The translations under genes were made by a program, and so were the position numbers. Source: a virus (Duplodnaviria > Heunggongvirae > Uroviricota > Caudoviricetes). From it: a stretch of DNA of 64,000 bases. This document shows positions 20,208 to 29,758 of this stretch, one piece after another (positions within the stretch are counted from its first letter, which is position 1; every line of letters starts with the position of its first letter). Below the pieces are notes generated by a model. It had not been told where the DNA came from and did no database searches. It saw only the letters and a list, made by a program, of their open reading frames with translations. The DNA is taken from IMG/VR virus record IMGVR_UViG_3300003848_000002, positions 15,547-79,546 of that record; one strand, written 5' to 3'.

Positions 20208-20666
20208 ATGACAGTTTCAAAAACCGACTTTTCGAAGATCCCATCCATATCGGGCAACAACATGTTCAGCCTGAAGTGCGAGGAAGTGCTGATCCGCAAG
20301 GAGCCAACAAGGGCGAGTTACACGGTCTGCCAGCACACGATTCTGGCGTTCAAAGAAGGTCGGCTGCCGCCCGGCTCATTTAGTGAATGTGTAACGGCTA
20401 TCCGCGGCGGCAAATGCAAAGCGCTGAAAATGATGGTCGAGGAAGTTCGCGCCGGTGAATCACTCTACTTCGAAGATTACGGTGCTTTGGTTGCTGAAGT
20501 TGCAGCTCGTAACAACCAAAGCAGTTTCGGTGGCCAGCGTAAGACCAAATCCGCGATGTCACTTCTGCCGTCGCGTAAATCAAAAGCAGAAGACACAACA
20601 AAAACGGGCGAGTTTGAGGCTATTACAGACCTCCACTCAGCCTTAGTGCAAGAGGAAAACACATGA
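20208..20666 (+). CDS. hypothetical protein
   Basis: ORF with no recognisable motif. Confidence 0.35.
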   Translation: MTVSKTDFSKIPSISGNNMFSLKCEEVLIRKEPTRASYTVCQHTILAFKEGRLPPGSFSECVTAIRGGKCKALKMMVEEVRAGESLYFEDYGALVAEVAARNNQSSFGGQRKTKSAMSLLPSRKSKAEDTTKTGEFEAITDLHSALVQEENT

Positions 20667-21067
20667 AAGTTTCGGATCTCAAAGTAGGTGAGCGCGCGTA
20701 TTTCATGGTCGATTTGGAGGGGCAAAGAGCGTGGGAAGAATGTCGCGTTCTTGCTGTTTCAACATACGGCTATGCGCTTGAGCACAAGGTGAATGGCAAG
20801 ATTGTGCAGAAGTGGTACGACGCTATTGGAACCGGTGCAGCGCTTCGATTCCGACGCCTCATCGAGTATTGGCATCAGTGGACAAACAAAGACCACGGTG
20901 GGGTTTACGAGCTGGTGATGTTCGCTAACCAAAAAGCCACCATGGAAGGTTTTGTTCCGACCGCAATCTTCAAATCGACATCGACCGGTGACATCTATTC
21001 GCTGCCGATCGAGCAGTTTCACGCTGAATTTACACAACACGGGCCAGTACAAGGAGTGCCGTTTTAA
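20663..21067 (+). CDS. hypothetical protein
   Basis: ATGA-coupled to the previous ORF. Preceded by GGAAAACACATG. Confidence 0.4.
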   Translation: MKVSDLKVGERAYFMVDLEGQRAWEECRVLAVSTYGYALEHKVNGKIVQKWYDAIGTGAALRFRRLIEYWHQWTNKDHGGVYELVMFANQKATMEGFVPTAIFKSTSTGDIYSLPIEQFHAEFTQHGPVQGVPF

Positions 21068-22389
21068 TGGAAAAGCTGATTACCCTTCGAGCCAAGCTGG
21101 ATGACATCAAAGCGATGGGAACCAATGCTAAGAAAGAGGCTTTGGCCAAGCTGGACGACTTCGAGCAAAAAGCCGTGTCGCTGATGCTCAATCCATTCAT
21201 CCGCTTCGGCATCAAGAAGTATAACGTAGCCCAGGCGCAGCTGGTGTCCACGCCAAGTGACCAGAAGGTATTGGATGTGTTGGATCAGCTGGCAACGCGG
21301 CAGCTGACAGGTGGAGCTGCCGTAACCGCAGTTGAGTCAATCGTTGGCTCTATGTGTGAGGCTGGTCAGGACGTGTTTCGTCGTTTCCTGCTGAAAGATC
21401 CGAAGGCCGGTGTCGGCATCAGCCTTTGCAACAAAATCTTCTCGGCGCCGATTCCAGTGTTTGAAGTCCAGCTGGCCACCGCCTACAAGCAAAAGGGTGA
21501 CAAGTTCCCATTCAAGCCTAACAAACACGCCAAATGGCCAATGATTGGAAGCATTAAGCTCGATGGGATGCGCGTGATTAGCGAGGTGATTGTGGGTGAA
21601 GAAGAGGTTAACTTCCTGTCGCGCACCGGCAATCCAGTAACGTCACTCGATCACCTTAAACCGGCAATGCTGGAGCTGGCTCGTGCTACCGGTCATCAAC
21701 ACGTCTTCTTTGATGGTGAGGCAACGGTCGGTTCATTCAATGGCACTGTTTCAGCGATCCGCAAAAAGAATGTGAAAGCTGTAGGCGCTCAGTTCCACAT
21801 CTTCGACTTCTTCTTGCCAGAGTGGAAGGCGTTGGCTAAGACCAAAGAGTACAAAGCCAATGGCATGAAGCTGAAGGAGCGTAAGGCTGCGCTGGTGGCG
21901 TGGTTCCGCAATGAGAGAAGCGAAGAGTCAGCGGGTGATTTAGTGCTGGTTCCCTTTGAAATCTACCTTAGCCATGAAGAGTATATTGCTCGATTCATGC
22001 AGCGTTTGGACGAGAACGAAGAAGGGGAAATGGCTTACGACCCCAACTCTGTTTATGAATTTAAGCGCTCTCGTGCCTGGTGGAAAATGAAGGATGAGAA
22101 CGAGGCAGATGGTGAAATCATTGGTTTCCTGCCTGGCGACCCGGATGCCGGCTTCGCACACACCCTCGGTAAAATCGTTGTGCGTTTGGAGGACGGTACG
22201 GAAGTTCGTACTTCAGGCTTCAAACATCAATATCTCGATGAGATCTGGCTGAATCAGGATAAATACATGGGGCGCATCGTGAAGGTCAATTTCCACGAAT
22301 ACACGCCTGATGGAAGCCTGCGCCACCCACGCCTTAAATGGCCAAGCTGCCTTCGTGATACTGAAGACAGGATCGGAGACAAGGAATGA
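21067..22389 (+). CDS. ATP-dependent DNA ligase
   Basis: Adenylation motif I SIKLDGMR (KxDG), followed by OB-domain-like region. Confidence 0.8.
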   Translation: MEKLITLRAKLDDIKAMGTNAKKEALAKLDDFEQKAVSLMLNPFIRFGIKKYNVAQAQLVSTPSDQKVLDVLDQLATRQLTGGAAVTAVESIVGSMCEAGQDVFRRFLLKDPKAGVGISLCNKIFSAPIPVFEVQLATAYKQKGDKFPFKPNKHAKWPMIGSIKLDGMRVISEVIVGEEEVNFLSRTGNPVTSLDHLKPAMLELARATGHQHVFFDGEATVGSFNGTVSAIRKKNVKAVGAQFHIFDFFLPEWKALAKTKEYKANGMKLKERKAALVAWFRNERSEESAGDLVLVPFEIYLSHEEYIARFMQRLDENEEGEMAYDPNSVYEFKRSRAWWKMKDENEADGEIIGFLPGDPDAGFAHTLGKIVVRLEDGTEVRTSGFKHQYLDEIWLNQDKYMGRIVKVNFHEYTPDGSLRHPRLKWPSCLRDTEDRIGDKE

Positions 22390-22600
22390 CATTATGACTT
22401 CAACATAATCAGGTGCATATAGTTGTCTTAAATAAAACCTAATCTTTTTTTGACGTGCTTTGCATCTTGTCAAAAAAAATCCAGGTTACTCATAACAAAT
22501 CTATATTTATAGAATGAAGATGGCTTTAAAAATCTTCTAAATAGGCGTTGTAAGGTTGTGCCTGATAAATATGAGTAATTTCGAAAATTAGAGGTTTGCC

Positions 22601-23017
22601 ATGACAATGATGCTTAAGACCCTTAATGTAAATAAATTTGATGTTGAACTCAAGGTAAATGAAGCGGTTGAAAGCCAAGAAATGGATATAGATCTACTTG
22701 GGAAATCTTATATTATCGGCCTAGTAAATATGACAGCTAGCACTTGTGCAACAATAGCAGCAACCAGACGAGTTGGAGGTTCAGACGCTGAGTGGAAATG
22801 GACCGTTATCCCCAAGGTATGCCCAAACTGCCGTGAAGACTTCCAGACGTGTTGTAACAAAGGAAGATACAGCCCTATTATGAGCACTGAATGCGATGAT
22901 TCTGCTTTTGAATTATTTGTTGGATATATGTTAGATAGTGATACAGCTAAAGGAACAATAATCAAGATTATACCTAACTGTCAGTATGCAGGAGGGTTAG
23001 TTGGACTTGAAGATTAA
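22601..23017 (+). CDS. hypothetical Cys-rich protein (AT-rich accessory gene)
   Basis: 138 aa with CPNC...CC motif. AT-rich codon usage. Confidence 0.35.
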   Translation: MTMMLKTLNVNKFDVELKVNEAVESQEMDIDLLGKSYIIGLVNMTASTCATIAATRRVGGSDAEWKWTVIPKVCPNCREDFQTCCNKGRYSPIMSTECDDSAFELFVGYMLDSDTAKGTIIKIIPNCQYAGGLVGLED

Positions 23018-23109
23018 ATTTTACCTTAATATTTAAGTATTAAATGGAAGGGGTAAGTGCTAAATATCAGTTTTCAACGGACTAATTAACACCCAACCCG
23101 TAATAAAAG

Positions 23110-23140
23110 CATTAAAGCGCCTCTCTCGGGCGCTTTAATG
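23110..23140. terminator. bidirectional hairpin terminator
   Basis: cattaaagcgcc tctctc gggcgctttaatg between convergent genes. Confidence 0.55.
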
Positions 23141-23170
23141 CGTTGGGGATAACTATGAAAACCTCTGTTG

Positions 23171-23503
23171 TTACTGGTTTTTTAATCGAGTGAAAGAAAT
23201 ATAGTTACCAAAAAGCTTAGACAAAATTTTCTTTGCAAAGTACCAACCTACAGCAGCAGTGGTGGCCCAAACGATATAGGCAAAAGTATGATTAAAACCT
23301 AAAGTTAAGGCACAGAACTTTGCCGCATACCAGCCGGCTATCAAAGGTAACAGAAAGCCCAAAAACTTAAAGATCCCTGGGGTGCCATACTTGATTTCAG
23401 CCTTACATCCTCTGCAAACATTGGCACCATGTGGAATTTCACTTCGGCAGTGTTCACAAGTTATGAGCCTTTGCTCTCCCATCACTTTTTCCCTTATGTG
23501 CAA
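23171..23503 (-). CDS. zinc-ribbon membrane protein, unknown function
   Basis: CEHC...CRGC zinc ribbon followed by two TM helices. Confidence 0.4.
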   Translation of the reverse strand: MHIREKVMGEQRLITCEHCRSEIPHGANVCRGCKAEIKYGTPGIFKFLGFLLPLIAGWYAAKFCALTLGFNHTFAYIVWATTAAVGWYFAKKILSKLFGNYISFTRLKNQ

Positions 23504-23673
23504 ATTAAGTCGTTCTTCTACTTGTTAATTTTCATTTTACCCCAAATCATACCTGAAAGCTTTATCATCAAAATTGGTAGGCTACTGTTTCTAAGAACTG
23601 CCGTAAAAATCTGCTTAGACGCCTTTCAAGTGCGGATTATCATTTCCGCATCATCCATTTACGAGCCACGTTT

Positions 23674-24015
23674 ATGAACTTCAAACGCTTTTTGTCAGTA
23701 AAGAAGCCCTGCGCCAATTGTCCGTTCCTGAAGGAGAATGGCATTGAGATCGGGGAAGAGCGCCTTGCGGAAATCAAACAGAATTTGCTGGACGACGACA
23801 TGACCCCGTTCCAGTGCCACAAGACAACGCATCCCACTGGTGGTTATCACGACAGTGAGGGCGTTTATCACCCTTCTGGGAAGGAGAAGCATTGTGCTGG
23901 CGCAATGGGGTTCCTGTATGCAAAAGGGCGCATGAACGTGCCAATGCGTATAGGTTTAATGTCTGGAGTGCTGACTCTTTCCGAATTAAGAGGAATAACC
24001 CCGTTGCTTGCGTAG
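23674..24015 (+). CDS. hypothetical Cys/His-rich protein
   Basis: CANCPF...C.HC motif, 113 aa. Confidence 0.35.
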   Translation: MNFKRFLSVKKPCANCPFLKENGIEIGEERLAEIKQNLLDDDMTPFQCHKTTHPTGGYHDSEGVYHPSGKEKHCAGAMGFLYAKGRMNVPMRIGLMSGVLTLSELRGITPLLA

Positions 24016-24064
24016 GTGATCTGAAACTGATCAACCGAACCGTCAAAGTGAAAAATCTGTAAGA

Positions 24065-24078
24065 TAGGTATTTACCTA
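24065..24078. promoter_or_regulatory. TAGGTA-tt-TACCTA palindrome (member of recurrent TAGGTAG/CTACCTA family)
   Basis: Inverted repeat at the start of the large non-coding region. Confidence 0.4.
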
Positions 24079-24290
24079 CCTACTTATATCGATTATAGTC
24101 ACTCTCGTTTTCGGCGGTGAGCGATTGTTTTACTTTTAAAATAAATGCAAACGACACTCAGTACCTGGCAGTAGCGTAACAGCCAAACACCAGCAGGGTC
24201 AGTCTCCAGCCCTGTTATCGAAATGGAGCAGACTGAGCGAGTCTGATTACGGAACGCAGAGACGATGGCCACGGCCACCCGACCGATGGG

Positions 24291-24361
24291 GTAACGAGAT
24301 GGGTGGGGGTAATTCCGACATGAACACCCGGGTTTAAAGGCACTTCCGCCCATCTCGTTAC
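24291..24361 (+). ncRNA. candidate structured RNA element (13-bp terminal stem closing ~45-nt multi-hairpin interior)
   Basis: gtaacgagatggg...cccatctcgttac with inner gggtg...caccc stem. Lies in a 440-bp ORF-free region that has further hairpins (cagact gagcg agtctg; gctggc atggtta gccagc). Confidence 0.3.
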
Positions 24362-24457
24362 GTCATTCCATATTACTTATGTCGTTTATTCTTGGGTTGA
24401 ATAATCGTAGACGTAGCCCGGCTGGCATGGTTAGCCAGCACAAATTCAGGGACCGAT

Positions 24458-24667
24458 ATGCAAGACGTTGATGAGCTTAAGCGAGCTGCCGCAACACTCT
24501 TTGTCAAAGCTATTCAGCAGAATCGTGGTGATTACGGCTCCACGAGCACTGTAGAGGCGGTAAAGCGAGGGGGTTCGACGATGACAATAAGCCACAACGG
24601 AACTATATCGGCCTACAAAGATGGTGTGCTGAGAGTGAGAATGGGTAGCATTGTCGGTGATCTGTAA
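24458..24667 (+). CDS. hypothetical small protein
   Basis: 69 aa ORF downstream of the non-coding region. Confidence 0.3.
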   Translation: MQDVDELKRAAATLFVKAIQQNRGDYGSTSTVEAVKRGGSTMTISHNGTISAYKDGVLRVRMGSIVGDL

Positions 24668-24796
24668 TGATTCCATACATCTCAGAGTTTAGATCCACAC
24701 CACGCACCTAACCTTGGTGCTCGTGACAAGATTTTTTTAGCTTTGCAGTATCAACGCCCCTCGAAGGGCTACATATAAAATACAAAGGAAAAACAC

Positions 24797-25408
24797 ATGT
24801 CAGAAGTCAAAAAGGTTATCACCGCGTCCGACCGTTCAGCTAAAGGCGTTGTTAAAGCTGTTGCCGATCTGAGCAAGGTTGCAGTCGAGCTGACAGCTCT
24901 GGCGCAGTCTAACGTCAACCTGGCCGAAGAAATTGAGTTCAAGCAATCCCAGCTGGCCGACCTGGATAATCAGATCAACACTAAAGAGCGTGAAGGTGCT
25001 GCCCAGCTGCGTCTGCGTGTTATCGAAAACGAAGACCGCGTACTGGCTGACCTGATGAAAGCTCGTGGCCTGGCGACCATCTCCGTTGCTGATCTGAACC
25101 TGCTGAACACTCGTGCAGTGAACGCTGAAGCAGGCAATGAGCAGGCAGTTGAAGAAGCGCGTACCTCTGCATTCCGTCAGGCTGACTCTGCTGCCAAAGC
25201 TCAGATTGCTCAGCTGCAGGGCGATCACCGTGTTGAAATGGCTGAGCTGAACGCAAACAGCAAAGCGAAAGACAACCGCATCGAGTTCCTCGAAGCGCAG
25301 GTGACTCAGTTGCAGGGCGAAGTGAAAGCTGAACGTGACACTCGTCTGGAAATCGCTAAAGCGGAATCTAACCGCCAGGGCGTTACCGTAAACACCGGTA
25401 AGAACTAA
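24797..25408 (+). CDS. coiled-coil protein with host-like optimal codon usage, unknown function
   Basis: Preceded by TATAAAATAcaaaGGAAAAACACATG. Codons are strongly biased to ctg, cgt, gct, aac, unlike its neighbours. Heptad-rich sequence. Confidence 0.5.
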   Translation: MSEVKKVITASDRSAKGVVKAVADLSKVAVELTALAQSNVNLAEEIEFKQSQLADLDNQINTKEREGAAQLRLRVIENEDRVLADLMKARGLATISVADLNLLNTRAVNAEAGNEQAVEEARTSAFRQADSAAKAQIAQLQGDHRVEMAELNANSKAKDNRIEFLEAQVTQLQGEVKAERDTRLEIAKAESNRQGVTVNTGKN

Positions 25409-25417
25409 GTTGCGTGT

Positions 25418-25439
25418 CTGTTCCCCTCCGGGGGAACAG
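25418..25439 (+). terminator. GC hairpin (terminator-like, weak U tract)
   Basis: ctgttcccc tccg ggggaacag. A second 11-bp stem (cgtagagcggg...cccgctctacg) follows at 25445..25511. Confidence 0.35.
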
Positions 25440-25624
25440 CACATCGTAGAGCGGGTTGGGTTTATTTATTCACTTAAAGACTCCGCTAACAGTCCCTCAG
25501 CCCGCTCTACGCTGTGTACGCAGCAGATTATGTCTGCAATCGGTAGCTGACATCGTCGAACTCCAAACCTTACTTATAGCGCAAATACCAAAGGGGCTTC
25601 GGCCCCTTTTTTGTTGAGGCAAAT

Positions 25625-26218
25625 ATGGCAAATATGAACGATTGGAATGCTTTTGATAGGTACAGAGCACAATTACGGGGCTATGAAGATCACGCCAATA
25701 ATCGCTTCAGCACAAGGATGCCGGCCAGCTTAACGGAGGCATTTGAAAGGTCGATGATGAACAGTGATACCTCTTTCACTTACCAGCGTATCCAATACAA
25801 GAACACCATGCCTGGCCGGTTCATTCAGGTGATCGGAGATGGTAGAGAAATTCGACCACTGAGCTGTATGCAGTTACGCACAAACTTTCTCAGCAGCCGC
25901 GAGCGCTATAACGTTGCTCAAATGCCAATGATGACTACCTCATATGAAGAAGAGCCATCAGACCCTCTCGTAAGCAGAGCGTTTAAAACCGTTGCGCTCT
26001 CTTCTTTCGTTACCATTTCAATGTCCACGCTGGATAGCAGAAGCCGTCACTTCACGCTCTACTTTGCAGACAAATTTTTAGACGGAGCTGTTAGCTTCAG
26101 CCCGATATTCTTTGAATCTAACGGCGCACGAGTGCCGGACAACGCACCGGCTGAAGAATATCTAACCTGGCCTCGTCGCACAGGCAGAAACGAGTTTCTG
26201 GCTCGATTTACAAGCTAA
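25625..26218 (+). CDS. hypothetical protein
   Basis: 197 aa ORF with no recognisable motif. Confidence 0.4.
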   Translation: MANMNDWNAFDRYRAQLRGYEDHANNRFSTRMPASLTEAFERSMMNSDTSFTYQRIQYKNTMPGRFIQVIGDGREIRPLSCMQLRTNFLSSRERYNVAQMPMMTTSYEEEPSDPLVSRAFKTVALSSFVTISMSTLDSRSRHFTLYFADKFLDGAVSFSPIFFESNGARVPDNAPAEEYLTWPRRTGRNEFLARFTS

Positions 26219-26226
26219 GAATAATA

Positions 26227-26240
26227 GGTAGTGACCTACC
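26227..26240. promoter_or_regulatory. GGTAG-tgac-CTACC palindrome
   Basis: Member of the recurrent inverted-repeat family. Lies 75 bp upstream of the next start. Confidence 0.35.
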
Positions 26241-26313
26241 AAATATTATTGGCTATTCTGGTCACGAATTTATTAGGCAATGGACGCCTACATACTCACG
26301 AAGGGAATCAAAA

Positions 26314-26802
26314 ATGTCAGAAGTTAAACTGCCAGAGTACCAAAGCATCAAGGTGGTTGGCGCTGCAAAAATCGCTTCAATCACCGGCACTGCAATCGGC
26401 CTGGATCTCCACAATAGCATTGTAGAGATTGAAGTTGGCTGCGCCTGGGTTGCTCGCCACCAACCAGAAGTCGGTGGCTACTTTGTTCGCTATGAAGACG
26501 GCTATGAGTCGTATTCACCGGCAGAAGCGTTTGAGAAAGGTTATCTGGCGCTCGCAGACGCAGGTTTCGCTGCTTCATTTGGCGTCTCGTTTGGTATCGC
26601 CATCGAGCTGCTTAAAGAGGGTGATCGTGTGGCTCGCAAGGGCTGGAACGGTAAAGGGATGTGGTTTGAGCTTCAACGCCCGGACGCTGACAGTGACATG
26701 ACGCTCCCATACATCTATATGCGTACTGCAGACGGGCAGAACGTACCGTGGCTGGCCAGCCAAACCGATATGCTCAGTGAAGATTGGGTGATCGTGAAAT
26801 GA
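26314..26802 (+). CDS. hypothetical protein
   Basis: 162 aa ORF with no recognisable motif. Confidence 0.4.
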   Translation: MSEVKLPEYQSIKVVGAAKIASITGTAIGLDLHNSIVEIEVGCAWVARHQPEVGGYFVRYEDGYESYSPAEAFEKGYLALADAGFAASFGVSFGIAIELLKEGDRVARKGWNGKGMWFELQRPDADSDMTLPYIYMRTADGQNVPWLASQTDMLSEDWVIVK

Positions 26803-27257
26803 CAGACGCAGAACTGGAACAGCAGCTGCTCGACAAAGGACTAACCGCACCGCGCGTTACGCTGGAGCACATCGAGAGCCTGATTGCTGAAGAGCATTAT
26901 TTCTCAGCTTACGACGGCATTCGATCAGCTAACCAGGGCGTCGATGCAGCTTGGTGGGCTAACACGGCCGCCGACCGTCATACGTTTTGCTATTTGCTAC
27001 TGACCAACGGTTACACTGTCACGGGCGAGAATGCGTGTGTTAGCAAAGAAAACTTTGATCCTGAGTTGAGCCGCCAGCTGGCGCGCCGCAACGCTATTGC
27101 AAAAATTTGGCCTCTTGAGGGCTACCTTTTAAAACAAACATTGAATGATGAACAGAATGGTAAAAGTGAAAATTTATGGCAAAGAACAGTGCGCCTACTG
27201 CAAAAACGCAAAGGAACTGGCCGAACAACTACAGAGCCAGGGCAAGCTGACGTTTGA
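26784..27257 (+). CDS. hypothetical protein (3' end uncertain; overlaps glutaredoxin gene)
   Basis: ORF overlaps the next gene by about 100 nt in another frame. Confidence 0.3.
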   Translation: MGDREMTDAELEQQLLDKGLTAPRVTLEHIESLIAEEHYFSAYDGIRSANQGVDAAWWANTAADRHTFCYLLLTNGYTVTGENACVSKENFDPELSRQLARRNAIAKIWPLEGYLLKQTLNDEQNGKSENLWQRTVRLLQKRKGTGRTTTEPGQADV

Positions 27258-27399
27258 GTACATCGACATCCAGGTCGCCGGGATCGGTGCACCAGAGCTG
27301 AGTGAACTTGTTGGCCAGCCGGTAAGACAAGTGCCCCAGATCTTCGTTGATGACAAGCCGGTGGGCGGCTACACTCAGTTTTCAGCGATTAAGTTCTAA
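27157..27399 (+). CDS. glutaredoxin/NrdH-like redoxin
   Basis: VKIYGKEQCAYCKNAKEL CxxC motif and a thioredoxin-fold length. Confidence 0.7.
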   Translation: MVKVKIYGKEQCAYCKNAKELAEQLQSQGKLTFEYIDIQVAGIGAPELSELVGQPVRQVPQIFVDDKPVGGYTQFSAIKF

Positions 27400-27402
27400 G
27401 AC

Positions 27403-27428
27403 AAGGCTCCGAACGGAGCCTTTTTATT
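27403..27428 (+). terminator. rho-independent terminator
   Basis: aaggctccg aa cggagcctt followed by tttattac. Confidence 0.7.
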
Positions 27429-27445
27429 ACCCTATAAAAATCGAA

Positions 27446-28495
27446 TTATGATTCGGTTTGCCGATCTTTTTTGGGATTAAATGATTGTAAGAAGCGCATA
27501 AGGAGAAAATCATCAGGGGCTTCAAAATCTACATACCCATCAGGTTCAACAAACCCTTGCGCTATCCTTGGATGTCTCAGCGTTTCTTTTGGTAAAGCTT
27601 GAGTTGCAAACGGATTATGCAAGATGTATAGGCCATCGGCCAGGTGCTCTACATAATCACTTTTTATTGTCTGGTTTACTCTAGGATATAGGGATCCATC
27701 AATGGGAGGCGTGAACGTAGAGTAAATGGTATGGGCAGAAGGGTTGTCAGCTAGCGCCCTCACCTTGCCCCATGTTGCAAGGCTGCTATAAATAACTGCA
27801 CTTACGTCTGAGTATTCAGGAGTGCAGAAAAACCCCAAATCTATATGGGCATTTTCATTTTTTATCGCTGCATCAACATTATATGAAATCATGGTATTGG
27901 AACCCGATTCTATTGTTGCTTCTTCATCATGGTAAAGACCATATAAGGTCGCTAGTATGGGTCTGGCCGCGGCAAAATGAGCAAAAGGTCGGTCAAATGA
28001 GGCTATAGCGATTACGAATGGCCTATTTTTGCATTGGGGCAATTGTGAATAACGTGCTCGCAACTTCCTAACTTTAGCAATGAAGCTATTGCTTAATCTG
28101 ATCGAGCTTTCTGAATTAAATCTATTGAAGTCTCTTGGCATATCTTCATGACTAAACCCGTAAACGCCTTGTCCTCCCTCAGCTGGAAGAGCTACAGTCG
28201 CCTCGATGCAAAACGCACTCTCACTTAAAACCACAAAATCAGGAGCATCATATGAGAAATCGTTAATTAGCCCTAACTCTTTTAAGTATGCATAAATGTA
28301 TAATTCCCACAAACAAGGCTCAAATGTTGTTTGGAACTCTTTCACGAATTTATTGTCTCTATCCTGAAATCCTTTCGCCCAACCATTTATGACATCTCTC
28401 TCAGGTTGGTATTGTTCCTTTTTCATCATAATGTAGATAGGGTGTTGCTTTTCAAACGGAACAACATCTTCAAACAGATTTAGCATGAAGCTCAT
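27446..28495 (-). CDS. hypothetical protein, 349 aa (distal gene of accessory cassette)
   Basis: AT-rich gene. Possible PD-(D/E)xK-like stretch APDFVVL...CIEAT, which is very tentative. Confidence 0.4.
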   Translation of the reverse strand: MSFMLNLFEDVVPFEKQHPIYIMMKKEQYQPERDVINGWAKGFQDRDNKFVKEFQTTFEPCLWELYIYAYLKELGLINDFSYDAPDFVVLSESAFCIEATVALPAEGGQGVYGFSHEDMPRDFNRFNSESSIRLSNSFIAKVRKLRARYSQLPQCKNRPFVIAIASFDRPFAHFAAARPILATLYGLYHDEEATIESGSNTMISYNVDAAIKNENAHIDLGFFCTPEYSDVSAVIYSSLATWGKVRALADNPSAHTIYSTFTPPIDGSLYPRVNQTIKSDYVEHLADGLYILHNPFATQALPKETLRHPRIAQGFVEPDGYVDFEAPDDFLLMRFLQSFNPKKDRQTES

Positions 28496-28544
28496 GTTGT
28501 TAGTGACCTTAAAATCTATATTGGCGTTATTATTAAAATGCGAG

Positions 28545-28572
28545 AAATAAAAAAGCCCCTTTAGAGGGGCTT
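28545..28572. terminator. bidirectional hairpin terminator (strong on minus strand)
   Basis: Minus strand reads agcccct ctaa aggggct tttttatttc. Confidence 0.6.
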
Positions 28573-29107
28573 ATTTTGCTTTGTGTGACATTCGAACGCC
28601 AGATTGACGACGCGGCGCAATAGGTCTATTGCGTTTAAGCACTCTATTCATCGGAACCATTTGCTGGGTCTGAGCATCATAAGCATACATCTGCCCGTCT
28701 GTCGGCATAATTTGAGAACCATCAATGCTTACACCAGGTGCTACGGCAACTTTAAGAGGAGGTCTGATCGTAGCCTCGATTGAAGCTGCCGCAGGGGTTT
28801 TCGTAATTCCAACCCGCACAACTAAAGTTTCACCTACTTGAACTCTTGTGCGTTTCTGAGCGCGAAATTTTTTTTCTACCCATTTTGCTCGACCAGCAAT
28901 GACTTGTCTTTGAGTGCCGACCTGTGCATTTCCAGCCTTTTCTTGGACTAAGCTGGCAGGGACGATCTTCCCCTCATGCCGAACGTACTCGCCCGAAGCA
29001 AGTTTACGCTCAGTGATTTTAGCGGAGGTTTTCTTCAATTTACGCGTCAGCGCAGCGTAAAGTTGTTCAGCTGAAGGGTTTTCAGTAGTATTTCGTGACG
29101 ATTGCAT
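28571..29107 (-). CDS. hypothetical basic protein, 178 aa
   Basis: Lys/Arg-rich. Its start overlaps the upstream gene end (29082..29107). Confidence 0.4.
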   Translation of the reverse strand: MQSSRNTTENPSAEQLYAALTRKLKKTSAKITERKLASGEYVRHEGKIVPASLVQEKAGNAQVGTQRQVIAGRAKWVEKKFRAQKRTRVQVGETLVVRVGITKTPAAASIEATIRPPLKVAVAPGVSIDGSQIMPTDGQMYAYDAQTQQMVPMNRVLKRNRPIAPRRQSGVRMSHKAK

Positions 29108-29636
29108 AACCCCTCCTGTGACTGCCGAGTCTATTGAATTTAGACGTCATGGGGATAGACTTGAGTCTTATATCTCGGTCTACATCAAACCCCAGAGCCG
29201 TGTCGTAAATGCCTAGAAGCTCATCTCTGGCTGCTATCCAGAAGTAAAGCCCAGCCTTGGTTACATTGTAATGGTCATAAACTGCACAAGCAACCCCGGT
29301 CACCAAATCCTTCTTAGCGCGAAAATCAATCTGGACATGGGCATAGTCATTTTCACCATCAGCAAGGTCAAATGCAACAATCCAAGCGCCACTTTCAGGG
29401 ATGGCAAGTTGCTTGCCGCTGTATTGCGTTTCACCTAGAAAACTTTCCAGTACAGATTGCTTGTCAATTTTAGTGAACCCAACTGTATATCTGTGGCCCG
29501 TACTTAGCCTGCCCGCGAAAAATTCTCTGGCTACAGCAATTTGAGGCTCTTCTACATCACCAAACAAATAAGGATCAAGATCGTCCGGTTCAGGGACTTC
29601 CGTTTCATCCTCAAAATCATGCCACTCCCACTGCAC
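29082..29636 (-). CDS. hypothetical acidic-N-terminus protein, 184 aa
   Basis: First gene of the minus-strand cassette. Divergent from the recombinase gene. Confidence 0.4.
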   Translation of the reverse strand: MQWEWHDFEDETEVPEPDDLDPYLFGDVEEPQIAVAREFFAGRLSTGHRYTVGFTKIDKQSVLESFLGETQYSGKQLAIPESGAWIVAFDLADGENDYAHVQIDFRAKKDLVTGVACAVYDHYNVTKAGLYFWIAARDELLGIYDTALGFDVDRDIRLKSIPMTSKFNRLGSHRRGYAIVTKYY

Positions 29637-29758
29637 AATTTACCTCGATTTCCTGAAATAATTCTTATTATTTAATCAAATCTTCTTTTTATACGCAATT
29701 CTTTCTAAAGGCGTACTCATCTTGGCAAAGGGGCACAAATTTCAAAAAATGAAGCCTA

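Noticed and set aside
24291-24361. tRNA in the non-coding region
   Set aside because: A 13-bp terminal stem and the internal layout are incompatible with a cloverleaf.
24836-25444. 202-aa minus-strand ORF antisense to the coiled-coil gene
   Set aside because: The sense strand has the consensus promoter/RBS and a biased codon usage. The antisense ORF is a repeat-driven artefact.
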